Assembly: GCA_030614005.1 (NCBI GenBank)
Contig: JAUWKS010000030.1
Location: forward strand, 1 to 32,000
DNA from: Candidatus Heimdallarchaeota archaeon
Lineage (GTDB): Archaea; Asgardarchaeota; Heimdallarchaeia; JABLTI01
DNA length: 32,000 nt
Direction: 5' to 3'
This document shows, piece after piece, positions 16,818 through 26,185 of the stretch. Position 1 is the first letter of the stretch. Every line of letters starts with the position of its first letter. The translations under genes and the position numbers were made by a program. The notes beneath the pieces are model-generated. The model was not told the origin of the DNA. It did not search any database and was given only the letters and a program-made list of their open reading frames with translations.

Positions 16818-17852
16818 TTATCTCGTTTCTCTTATTGGAATATCTCTGATAATGTCTTTCACAATTGTTTGTGAAGTTATGCCTTCCAAATCTGCTTCAG
16901 GTTTTAAGATAAGTCGATGGTAAACAGACCCTACTACTATTCTTTTGATGTCATCTGGTACAACGAAATCACGACCGCATATTGCAGCATAAGCTTTCGA
17001 AGCGCTCAGCATAGCGATACTTGCTCGAGGACTTCCTCCAAGAATCAATCTCGGATCTGTTCGTGTTCTCATTGTAACATCACGAATATATTCGATTATT
17101 CCTTGATCTACAAAAACACCATCTCTGACTGTCTTCTGTAATCTAACTATTGTTTCAGCAGTAGTTATCTCTTGTATTTGGCTCTCAACAGGTCGATGTT
17201 TTAATTGAATGATTTTTTCTTCTTCAGCTGCATTTGGTAATCCAACTACTGATTTCATCAAAAATCTATCAAGTTGAGCCTCCGGTAAAGGATACGTTCC
17301 TTCTTGTTCGATAGGATTCTGTGTAGCAATAACAATGAAAGGCGAGGAAAGAACATAGGTGTTTCCTTCTATCGATACTTGTCTTTCAGCCATTGCTTCA
17401 AGAAGAGCGCTCTGTGTTTTTGGTGGAGCTCTGTTTATTTCATCAGCTAAGAGGATATTTGTGAAAATTGGTCCTCTTCTTAATTTAAAAGTACCAGACC
17501 TTTGGTCAAAGATATTTGTTCCTAAAACATCAGAAGGAAGTAAATCAGGGGTAAATTGTACTCTCTTGTACTTGCACCCTAATGTTTTTGCAAACAGTTT
17601 TGCTAAAGTAGTTTTAGCAATTCCAGGTACTCCTTCAAGCAAAATGTGTCCATCACATAATAAACTGATCATTAAGTTTTGAACAACATTTTTCATGCCA
17701 ATAATGTGTTTCGAAAGTTCGTCTTGAATACTCTTAGATATTCTTTCTACATCGGATATATCCACTAACCCTCCTGCGGGTCCAGAAACAATTTTTTCTG
17801 TAGGGGGAGGGGGTGGTGGTGCAAACTCAGACATTTTTTTTACATACCCCAT
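16818..17852 (-). CDS. MoxR-family AAA+ ATPase
   Basis: GHILLEGVPGIAKT (Walker A), RVQFTPDLLPSDV, LLADEINRAPPKTQSALLEAM (Walker B), ATQNPIEQEGTYPLPEAQLDRF, SPRAS. Confidence 0.96.
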   Translation of the reverse strand: MGYVKKMSEFAPPPPPPTEKIVSGPAGGLVDISDVERISKSIQDELSKHIIGMKNVVQNLMISLLCDGHILLEGVPGIAKTTLAKLFAKTLGCKYKRVQFTPDLLPSDVLGTNIFDQRSGTFKLRRGPIFTNILLADEINRAPPKTQSALLEAMAERQVSIEGNTYVLSSPFIVIATQNPIEQEGTYPLPEAQLDRFLMKSVVGLPNAAEEEKIIQLKHRPVESQIQEITTAETIVRLQKTVRDGVFVDQGIIEYIRDVTMRTRTDPRLILGGSPRASIAMLSASKAYAAICGRDFVVPDDIKRIVVGSVYHRLILKPEADLEGITSQTIVKDIIRDIPIRETR

Positions 17853-17869
17853 TGTTTTTTTTTATTTTT

Positions 17870-19369
17870 TTAATATCGTGATCTAGGTTTAGTTATTATT
17901 TCTTCAATATTCTTCATCTCTAATACTAGAGCAAGGAAATCTTCCTCTGTAATCTTCTTTTTCTTTTCAGTAAATAGTTCTATACTTTTGAGGCTCTTCA
18001 AAAGAAGATTATAATTGAATTTCCCAGGATATTGTTCTTCAAGCAAATCCACAATCTGAGTGAAATTAATATCCAATCCGGAATTAAATTTCTTATCAAG
18101 TCTTCTTTTCAAACGTTTATACAGAACATTCAACGCTTTATCATATTGCTCATAATTAACATACCAGGACATTTTTGCTGCAAAGAATGATCGAGATCTT
18201 TTTTGTTTAATTTTTGTCATTAATAATGGAGACGCACCTCGACTTTTTGGATAGTTACGTCTAAGAAAAATTAAAGCTATAATTGGGAAAAATGGTGCTA
18301 ATAATGGAAACATTGTAAATGAATTGATATAGCGTAAATACATGCTCACATAGCTAAAGGGATCCAAAACACTCAAAGCTGCTCGGCCTTTGGAAGGTGA
18401 AAGATGCCCTTCATCATAAAAAATAGTTCTTGAACCATTAATATCCAACCAATTAAATAGATTACTTGCATATTGAGCATTGTCATATTGTGACATACTC
18501 ATTAGCTCGTTGATGAAAATACTGGGATCGGCACAAATCAAGATGTTACCCAATCCTACTGCACCCAAAGGCAAAGGAACCATAAGAGAGAATGATACTC
18601 CTCTCCACTCGTCTTCATCTGGTTGGAACTCACCATTTCTCGCTTTTTCAATATCCTTTTCTAACCAACTTACTGGAGTGCTATAAGCAATTCCAGAAGG
18701 AATTGGTTGCCCGGCAATTGAAAAGGAAGGAATCCATCGAGTCGTACCCCTCTCTGCATCATAAGCTAAAAAGCTTACTGCTGATGGATAACTTGTAACT
18801 ACTTGAGTAACACCAGCGATAGAAGGCAATCCAGGCGCACTAATGAAATTCTTAATTACGGGCATAGCAGGTGTTTGATGATATGACTCATAGTCCATTA
18901 GCAATGATTTGTTTATTTTCACTCCTTGAAGTGGAACACCGCCAATACCTAGTCCTGAAAGGTCAATATTCTCGAGAAACGGTGCAATTATTACATTAAT
19001 AAGGCCAAGAATGTCATTCGCACTTCCAAAATCATCTGCTATTAATACACTTCCACCTCTCATTATGAAATAAGCTAAAGCTGCTGTTTCTGTTGGGTCG
19101 AAAAATATTGTTGGACCCACAAGAGCTAATACACCCAAATTATCTATTCGTGTCAGTGTATTCAATGTCGAAACAATAGGTTGGAATTCATATCCTTCGC
19201 TTTCTAAATTTTCTTTCAGAATACTTGTACCATCCCAGTTAGTATTATAAATCGAAAACTGGCGAGTTTCTTCTATTCCTAATCTCGTAACTGATAAAAC
19301 GATTGGCAAACAAAATATGATAAACAATATTGATAACATGAATGCATTTCTATCAAATTTTCTAGCCAT
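17870..19369 (-). CDS. DUF4350-type membrane-anchored protein
   Basis: N-terminal TM helix, FSIYNTNWDGTS, GGSVLIADDFG, ADPSIFIN..M, IFYDEGH, second TM helix near the C-terminus, and position directly upstream of MoxR. Confidence 0.82.
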   Translation of the reverse strand: MARKFDRNAFMLSILFIIFCLPIVLSVTRLGIEETRQFSIYNTNWDGTSILKENLESEGYEFQPIVSTLNTLTRIDNLGVLALVGPTIFFDPTETAALAYFIMRGGSVLIADDFGSANDILGLINVIIAPFLENIDLSGLGIGGVPLQGVKINKSLLMDYESYHQTPAMPVIKNFISAPGLPSIAGVTQVVTSYPSAVSFLAYDAERGTTRWIPSFSIAGQPIPSGIAYSTPVSWLEKDIEKARNGEFQPDEDEWRGVSFSLMVPLPLGAVGLGNILICADPSIFINELMSMSQYDNAQYASNLFNWLDINGSRTIFYDEGHLSPSKGRAALSVLDPFSYVSMYLRYINSFTMFPLLAPFFPIIALIFLRRNYPKSRGASPLLMTKIKQKRSRSFFAAKMSWYVNYEQYDKALNVLYKRLKRRLDKKFNSGLDINFTQIVDLLEEQYPGKFNYNLLLKSLKSIELFTEKKKKITEEDFLALVLEMKNIEEIITKPRSRY

Positions 19370-19407
19370 AGTCTTTTACCTCAGTATACTTTTTCTTGGT
19401 TATTGAT

Positions 19408-21888
19408 TTATCTTTGTTCTTGTGGTGCTGGGCCTTTCTCTATTGCAAGCTGAATGTTATGTAAAGCTTGTCTTGCTTGTGTGTAAGAGTTCTTTGTAAT
19501 CTTATGATCACTAAATCGAGCTTCTTCAAATCGCATAACAAGCATAGTAACGTCTCTCACAGGGACTCTGTTAGTTGAAGCAATTATACGTGCAAGCTCT
19601 CTGGGAGAAAGTGAAGGTGCATTTATTATACCGAAATTCGACATACAAATTGACTCAAATGCACGATAACAAAGAGTTGAAGCTCGTTTGAAATCTTTCG
19701 CATTTTCAGATTCATCAATTAGCTTCAATATTGTATTTAGGTCGTATTGATCGACCCCTACAGCCATTCCAGGTCGTTTCTTTGACTTTCTGAATCGACC
19801 GAATGCATAAACAGATGATACTATTATTATTCCAGATACCATAGCTATTAATATTCCAATCAATATAGGTCCCAAATTAGTGCCTCCAGGCAGTGATGAC
19901 GTACTCACACTTGTATCAGTATTAGTAGGTGTAGGATGTACTTGAAAGTTAACTCTAAAACTAAAGTCGATATTTTCCTTAAAGGTTATCGTTACAGTAT
20001 AATCAGTATTTGTTAATAAAGTTTCATCCCCAAAGAATAAATAACTAAAATCACCTATGCTTGATAGAGTTATAGTAGTGATTCCAAGGGATTCAAATGT
20101 TATGTTGACAGTTCTATCCGTAATCGGTCTATCAAATTGATCCGTTAAAGTTGCTTGGAGAGTAAAAGTGGAATTATTATATAGCGGATTGCCACCAATC
20201 GAACTATAACCTGCATCTTCAATAACATTTGAAGAATTAATTGTAGCAGCAAAATTGACTGTTGTGAAAATATCAAGAGTGTAACTTGTATTAGAAGAAT
20301 CAAAGTAAGTGGTTGCCAATGCTTCTATATTTATTGCCCACTGGCTAACTATAGCTGTAAATGAAAGTGGAACTGCCATTAAAATAGTAAATGTACCAGT
20401 TGCAGAAGTATTACTATTATATACTGGTCCAGTGACGTCCCATTGAGCTGTTATAGACATCCCCTCAATTACTCTATTATCATAATTATCTCGCATTGTA
20501 CCAGTTACTTCAATAGACTCACCAGGCATGACCATAAAAGCTTCTGTAAAAACATCAGTATTATTTACTTCTGAATTTAGTACTGTTGAATTTCCAACAA
20601 CGGTAAGAATTTTGTATTCAGTTACCGCACTTATTCCCTGCCCTGTAGCAACATCCACCCAAATAGTATTGTCACCTACTGGAAGATAAGTTCCAGAAAC
20701 GACGAAAGTCGAATTAAATAGACCAGTACCCCCAGCAGCTATTGTAGTGGCTTGTAATGTTGTTGCTGTTTGTGTGGTACCTTGATCCACATAAATCTCA
20801 AGATCAACATCTGAGACATAGGGATTTCCAAACGAATCTTCTATTAAGCCAGATATTGTAACACTTGTTTCATTGCGGAGAATTACTGGATCCGCTCCAG
20901 GACCAGATGTTGCCGGATCGTCGATTGAAAAAGTAATTCCAGCACCAGAAAAGACAGTTATATTCACAGTTTCATTTGCCCAATCTGCAGCAGGAGTACC
21001 AATTAAAGCCTCATTTCTAATATCACCTACAACGTAGGAAAGTCCTAGAAGACTAACATTAAATGACCCTTCTAAAGCATGTTGAGTTAATGGGGTCGCA
21101 AGGGGAACGTTAAATGTTGTATTTGTTATTAAACTTACAATTGTATCAGTATATGTAGATCCTAACCATTCAAAACTAATATCTTCTCCATTAGACTCAG
21201 GAACAACAGGCAAAGGATCGCTGTCATAGTATAGCAACCCAGCAATTGCAAAGAAATCCTCTTGCTCACGTACAAGTGTTGTATTTGTAGACATACCCAT
21301 GTAGATACTTGCATAACAGTCCACACTTTCTGAGATAGCTTGTCGATTATCTTCGATAGGACCTAAGAATGGGTCACCAGGAAAGACAGTATAAACAGTT
21401 ACTACACCAAAATCTTTTGAGTAATCTATATCACGACAAGTAACTGAAAAATCACCATTGCTATCTGTTCGATCTTCACCGATTAGATAGTCATTCTTTA
21501 AACCTTCTTGATCTGCTTCATAAGCAGCCCAAGAAAAAGTTGACCAGAAAATCTCAATTGGTTCATCTGACCACCCTACACCAGTTCCTGGGTCTTCTAA
21601 ACGACCAGTTACTATAAATGAATTTCCTCTAATAATAACTGTAGGAATTATAGTTTTTGGTGAAAAATAATTATCTTGGGGTAAGCTTTTTTCTTCAAGT
21701 CGAGGATTTATTATCTCTGCATTGAGTGACGTTTCAATCAAGGATGGTTTGTTTATGACAACCTGTGAATCGTCTTTAGAATTACCTATATAATTAGCAA
21801 CTGAATAAGATACGCTCACAATTACAATAAAGATAATTGTAACTACTTTCAAGCTAGCTTTATTCCGACTCAAGTTGAACATCACCAA
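19408..21888 (-). CDS. Large surface protein with Ig-like domains, a TM helix and a C-terminal DUF4129 domain
   Basis: N-terminal hydrophobic helix, long Thr/Val/Gly-rich beta-type region, Thr/Ser linker, TM helix, and C-terminal SPRELA...LVMRFEEARFSDH.IT, typical of DUF4129. Confidence 0.82.
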   Translation of the reverse strand: MVMFNLSRNKASLKVVTIIFIVIVSVSYSVANYIGNSKDDSQVVINKPSLIETSLNAEIINPRLEEKSLPQDNYFSPKTIIPTVIIRGNSFIVTGRLEDPGTGVGWSDEPIEIFWSTFSWAAYEADQEGLKNDYLIGEDRTDSNGDFSVTCRDIDYSKDFGVVTVYTVFPGDPFLGPIEDNRQAISESVDCYASIYMGMSTNTTLVREQEDFFAIAGLLYYDSDPLPVVPESNGEDISFEWLGSTYTDTIVSLITNTTFNVPLATPLTQHALEGSFNVSLLGLSYVVGDIRNEALIGTPAADWANETVNITVFSGAGITFSIDDPATSGPGADPVILRNETSVTISGLIEDSFGNPYVSDVDLEIYVDQGTTQTATTLQATTIAAGGTGLFNSTFVVSGTYLPVGDNTIWVDVATGQGISAVTEYKILTVVGNSTVLNSEVNNTDVFTEAFMVMPGESIEVTGTMRDNYDNRVIEGMSITAQWDVTGPVYNSNTSATGTFTILMAVPLSFTAIVSQWAINIEALATTYFDSSNTSYTLDIFTTVNFAATINSSNVIEDAGYSSIGGNPLYNNSTFTLQATLTDQFDRPITDRTVNITFESLGITTITLSSIGDFSYLFFGDETLLTNTDYTVTITFKENIDFSFRVNFQVHPTPTNTDTSVSTSSLPGGTNLGPILIGILIAMVSGIIIVSSVYAFGRFRKSKKRPGMAVGVDQYDLNTILKLIDESENAKDFKRASTLCYRAFESICMSNFGIINAPSLSPRELARIIASTNRVPVRDVTMLVMRFEEARFSDHKITKNSYTQARQALHNIQLAIEKGPAPQEQR

Positions 21889-22513
21889 ATAGTTATAGTT
21901 AATTTATACACCAGACTATTTTAATTATATCTGAATGAACAATCATACTATTTATTAGTTGTCAATTACGCATTGATTGTTAATTGCAAAGTTAGTATAA
22001 ATAGATAGACCAGATAGGTGATCGAGATAAACATCGTAGAAATTTCCGAAGCTTAAACTCGACCATCCAATTACACAATAAACATACGGTTTGGCATTCT
22101 AGGACTCATCTATTATTGTCTATTGTGTTCCGGTATTTTCAACGTTCTATTACTTTAAGCACTATTCTCTTCTCTCGGGCAATCAAGAAGATTTCTCGTT
22201 TACTTTGGTGGCTCTATAAACACTCTACCCGCTACATTGAGTATTTATCCATAGTAAATTTGGAGTGTGCTCTTTGCTAGAACGAGAAGCATGAATTGAT
22301 AAATTACCATGTTCTCTTCTTAAGAATAACGTTGACAACTCTTCTATTAAAAACTTTACTAGCGCGCATATCTTTGCGTCTTTTGCAAAGGGATTGTAAG
22401 TAAGAAAAAAGGGTATATACACCAAATTGTAATAGAATTACAAACATTTATATACTATTTTCTGTAATAGTAATACAGAAAAGTGTAAAACTTTTCCTCT
22501 GAAGTGAATTAAA

Positions 22514-22603
22514 ATGATTGACAAAAAGAAGAGAATTAAAGAACAAGTCCGAAAAGACATCAATAAAATACGAATGAAAATGGCTCTTACAACAGGAGCC
22601 TAA
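22514..22603 (+). CDS. 29-aa basic small ORF upstream of the ArsR-like regulator
   Basis: MIDKKKRIKEQVRKDINKIRMKMALTTGA. RBS-like GAAGTGA 6 nt before the ATG. The stop is 23 nt before the next gene. Not in the ORF track because it is too short. Confidence 0.5.
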   Translation: MIDKKKRIKEQVRKDINKIRMKMALTTGA

Positions 22604-22626
22604 TATTAATTTTTAAGGTGAAAATA

Positions 22627-23697
22627 ATGTCAAAAGAAAATAGAAAGAAAGAATTAGAAAAAGAAATCGAAAAACTACAGAGAAAGCTCGGTAGTTTAGA
22701 TGATGGAAAACAATATGACAACGATGACGAGTTTGATGAAGAAAGAAAGGCTCGTCGTAGAAAAAGACGCTTGCCCTTACCTCCTATGCCTACACCAGTA
22801 GTTATTCCAATTGTAAACAGAAAAGGTAGAAGAGTTGTAAAAGTTAGTGATATCAGTGCTAAAGAAAAAGAACAATTGCGCAAAGAAGCAGAACAAATAA
22901 GACAAGAAAAGCTTCGTTTGAGAGAAGAAACAAAAAGAATGAAAGATTCTCTGAATGCAAAGAAACGTGAATTTACTGATTTTCGCAGAGAATTAAGAGA
23001 ACGAGAAAATGAAATTAGAGAAAGAGAACGAGATTTACGAAATAAGCGTGATCATAGCCATAGCTATTCTTGGGACTCAGATATCGATGAAGATATGGAG
23101 ACCTTAACTGATGATCTTGAGCTCCAGCTTGGAGATTATACACGTTCAATTCTAGCATCAGTTGCTCAAAGCTTGAAATCATCAATGGGTGTAGTTGTGA
23201 AAGGAGCTGGTGATGTTGGAGTTGAAATGAAGAATGTTGGAGTCGAGCTTGATAAAATTGGCAAAGAAATTGGTGAAAAGATCTCCAGAGATGTTTATGT
23301 GAGTGTTGGAGGAAACATTCCTGAAGATAAGCTTGAAGAATTTTATGAAATTGGGGCAACAATCGTAGCTGCGATTGGTGACTCAAATCGTTTGAGAATT
23401 CTCAAGGAATTAGAACGCGGGCCAAAGTACCAAAAGGAGCTTAGCGATATTACAAGCCTCCGTGGTGGCACCTTCAAGCATCACATGGATCGTCTTCTAG
23501 ATAGAGAAGTAAAATTTGTTACTCAAGAAGTTGTTCGAGGAAGATACTTGATAACTACTCGAGGTCGAGAAGCTTTGAAACTTGCAGAAATGCAATTTAG
23601 GCGTTACCTTCAAGTGAAAGAGCGCGATGATATGTCAGGTTCCCTTAATAAAGACAAACTTGACCCCGACGAAGAATTCGATGTGGATATTAAATAA
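22627..23697 (+). CDS. ArsR-type winged-helix regulator with a long N-terminal coiled coil
   Basis: C-terminal IGDSNRLRILKEL...ELS...GGTFKHHMDRL...GRYLITTRG. E/K/R-rich helical N-terminal half. The GTG at 22618 is part of the AGGTGA RBS, so ATG 22627 is the likelier start. Confidence 0.8.
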   Translation: MSKENRKKELEKEIEKLQRKLGSLDDGKQYDNDDEFDEERKARRRKRRLPLPPMPTPVVIPIVNRKGRRVVKVSDISAKEKEQLRKEAEQIRQEKLRLREETKRMKDSLNAKKREFTDFRRELRERENEIRERERDLRNKRDHSHSYSWDSDIDEDMETLTDDLELQLGDYTRSILASVAQSLKSSMGVVVKGAGDVGVEMKNVGVELDKIGKEIGEKISRDVYVSVGGNIPEDKLEEFYEIGATIVAAIGDSNRLRILKELERGPKYQKELSDITSLRGGTFKHHMDRLLDREVKFVTQEVVRGRYLITTRGREALKLAEMQFRRYLQVKERDDMSGSLNKDKLDPDEEFDVDIK

Positions 23698-23715
23698 TCT
23701 GGAGTGTGCAATGTA

Positions 23716-24432
23716 ATGAAGTTGGAGTTAGTTAACGAACCCTTACGAACAACTCAAAGAGCGATTATTGCTGATCTTGAAGACACAATGATCACTATCG
23801 GCAAGAGAGGACATATTTTTCCAGTAATTAATACACGAACGTATGAAAATATTGGCTATTATCTCATAGGAGATATTTACCTTGGTTCTGATACTATTAT
23901 TAATACTAATAAAGGCGCTATTGGAAGTTCCATTGAAAAGCTTGCTCGAGAAGCTTTCATTAAGTGTGACACAATTGATTTCTCCAATACTAAAGCAGAT
24001 AACCTATCTGATAAAGATTTTAGAAAAGTTGAAATCAAAGCATATCGTCATTTTGAAAAAATCTACAAAAGGCATTTCAATGGAAAAGGCAACCTTATAA
24101 TTAACAGCAAACGGTTTGATAATTATAACAAGTTAGAGGATGTGGAATTCTACACCTATTTATTCGATCCGGAAGAATTCATCTTGATCAAAGATAATCA
24201 AACAATTATCGCAATCTCTAGTTTAGAGAATGAGGTTATTATCTGTGATAAAAAGAAGAATTCGTATATTGAAGTATCAAAGGATACAGGTGTTCAAATT
24301 CATAATAATGATGGTCAAGTTGTCAATGTCGGTTCAACTGGCGGGATTATTATTAACGGAAAAAATCTCAAAGAAGTAATCTCTGGAGCATTAAAGCCTC
24401 TTTCCAATATGTTTGATAAAAACAATTATTAG
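23716..24432 (+). CDS. Hypothetical protein, probably co-transcribed with the regulator
   Basis: Open frame of about 238 aa. GGAGTG RBS-like sequence shortly after the upstream stop. Confidence 0.75.
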   Translation: MKLELVNEPLRTTQRAIIADLEDTMITIGKRGHIFPVINTRTYENIGYYLIGDIYLGSDTIINTNKGAIGSSIEKLAREAFIKCDTIDFSNTKADNLSDKDFRKVEIKAYRHFEKIYKRHFNGKGNLIINSKRFDNYNKLEDVEFYTYLFDPEEFILIKDNQTIIAISSLENEVIICDKKKNSYIEVSKDTGVQIHNNDGQVVNVGSTGGIIINGKNLKEVISGALKPLSNMFDKNNY

Positions 24433-24479
24433 AAAAAGGCAAGATAAGCAAGCCTTTTTCATCTGTTTTTTTATTTTTT
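24432..24479. terminator. Bidirectional hairpin and T-tract between convergent genes
   Basis: Perfect 9-bp inverted repeat GAAAAAGGC (24432-24440) / GCCTTTTTC (24452-24460) with an 11-nt loop, followed by T-runs. Confidence 0.7.
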
Positions 24480-25217
24480 TTACTTAATAGGAGATGTTGC
24501 TGCTTTCGTTTCTTTTGCAGCCTTTTTTAATGTAGTAATTTGTCTTTTCATTTTCTTAATTTCTTTGTCATTTTTAGTTACTTGTTCCACCAGTTTAGTT
24601 ATTTCATTAGTAAGTGCTGAAACTTTATCGTCTATTGTAATATAGCTCGCAGTTGATCTAATTTCTGTTTTAGGTTGAGCAACAACTGGTTCCTTAGTAG
24701 TAACAGCAGGCGCTGGAGAAGGTTCAATCATTTTCTCTTTTTGAGGCAACGGTTTTGGTGTTTTAAGCTGAATTTTACCTATATTTTCTGAAGTTGCATC
24801 AAATTTAGATTTCTCTAGAGGGTGATGTTCAATTACTGACTTTTGAACAGCTCGTCCATCTGAATGAGCAATCAAATTTCGAACATTTATCGATGTGGGA
24901 ACTAATTTTTTTTCTTCAGCAGCTATCGTTTCCTTTACTTCTAATTGGTCTTCTTGAGGGATTTTTTCGAGAAGAATATTCACAACTCTATCAACCACAA
25001 CTGGTGAGATATAAACTTCTTCAGTATCAAGCATGGATCTCAATCCAATTTCAATTTCTTGAGGTAATTCGTGGAGTGGAGTTCCTCTTAAAATATTCAA
25101 TTTCTTGGATTGAATTGCTTGTCTTCCACGTATTAGAAATATAGCGTAATATTTCCCTTCTACCCCAAATTGCAATGAATATGTTGTACCAGGAATTTTT
25201 GTTATGGTTTCATTCAA
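24480..25217 (-). CDS. Hypothetical protein: globular N-domain, Pro/Lys/Thr linker, C-terminal coiled coil
   Basis: 245-aa ORF with heptad-like IDDKVSALTNEITKLVEQVTKNDKEIKKMKRQITTLKK. Confidence 0.75.
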   Translation of the reverse strand: MNETITKIPGTTYSLQFGVEGKYYAIFLIRGRQAIQSKKLNILRGTPLHELPQEIEIGLRSMLDTEEVYISPVVVDRVVNILLEKIPQEDQLEVKETIAAEEKKLVPTSINVRNLIAHSDGRAVQKSVIEHHPLEKSKFDATSENIGKIQLKTPKPLPQKEKMIEPSPAPAVTTKEPVVAQPKTEIRSTASYITIDDKVSALTNEITKLVEQVTKNDKEIKKMKRQITTLKKAAKETKAATSPIK

Positions 25218-25384
25218 AGTAATCCTTCCTCTAGTTGTTATATATAGGAATTTCTTGTATAAATCCCTTCTCTTATTGACATGAGAGTTTTTTGTCTTTT
25301 TTCCTTAGAAAATTTGATTAGTAAGAGGCAGAATAGATATGAAAGTTACTACATCTTAGGTAATGTATCTATTTGGTGAAAAAA

Positions 25385-26185
25385 ATGACAGAAGAGAAAA
25401 GTCAACAGAATGATATTTTTAACATAATTAATGACAGACGGTCAATTAGAAAATTTCTTGATAAGGATATACCTGATGAAGTTCTTGAAAAAATATTACA
25501 AGCGGGTTTTAGAGCGCCCTTTGCTTATCAAATTACGAGTATAGTTTATACCTTAGATAAAGAAAAAATGAAAAAATTGAAAAGAATGGGTGTTTATCCT
25601 TCCACTAAACTTTTTATGGTGTTCTTTTTTGATTTTAATCGAATGGAAAAAATCGTTCAAGCTAGAAAGTACGAATATAATTTTGATGATAGCTTACTTT
25701 TGTGGATAGGGATACAAGATGTTTCACTTGTGGCTGAAAATATCATCCTAGCAGCTGATGCTTTAGGTTTAGGGTCAGTTCTACTAGGTGGTGCACCATT
25801 GATGGTTGATCAAATATCAGAAGTATTTGATGTTCCAACCAAAGTTTTTCCCGTTGTTGGTTTATGCTTAGGTTACCCAGACCCAGAACACCGGATGGAT
25901 ATTCGACCACGTTTTCCATTAAAACATACAGCTTTTGAGGACAAATACAAAGAACTATCTGAAAAAGATTTGAAAGAATGTATGCACTCAATGGATGATG
26001 GATATATTACTCAGGGTTATTACATAAAACAAAACGCAAAAATTCCTTTAACAAAAGGAGATGATAAAATAGATATGAGTCAATATTCTTGGTGTGAGCA
26101 TATCAGTAGAAAAATTTCCCAAGGGAAGTGGTCTGATAAATCTCTAATTCAACTGCTAAGAGAGCAAGGATTCAAATTAGATTGA
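25385..26185 (+). CDS. Nitroreductase family protein (NfsA-like)
   Basis: RRSIRKF FMN-binding motif, AENIILAADALGLGSVLLG, PVVGLCLGYP, RPR. Confidence 0.92.
   Translation: MTEEKSQQNDIFNIINDRRSIRKFLDKDIPDEVLEKILQAGFRAPFAYQITSIVYTLDKEKMKKLKRMGVYPSTKLFMVFFFDFNRMEKIVQARKYEYNFDDSLLLWIGIQDVSLVAENIILAADALGLGSVLLGGAPLMVDQISEVFDVPTKVFPVVGLCLGYPDPEHRMDIRPRFPLKHTAFEDKYKELSEKDLKECMHSMDDGYITQGYYIKQNAKIPLTKGDDKIDMSQYSWCEHISRKISQGKWSDKSLIQLLREQGFKLD

Noticed and set aside
17802-17821. G-quadruplex at GGGGGAGGGGGTGGTGGTG
   Set aside because: It is only the antisense of the proline codons, and only two runs have three or more G.
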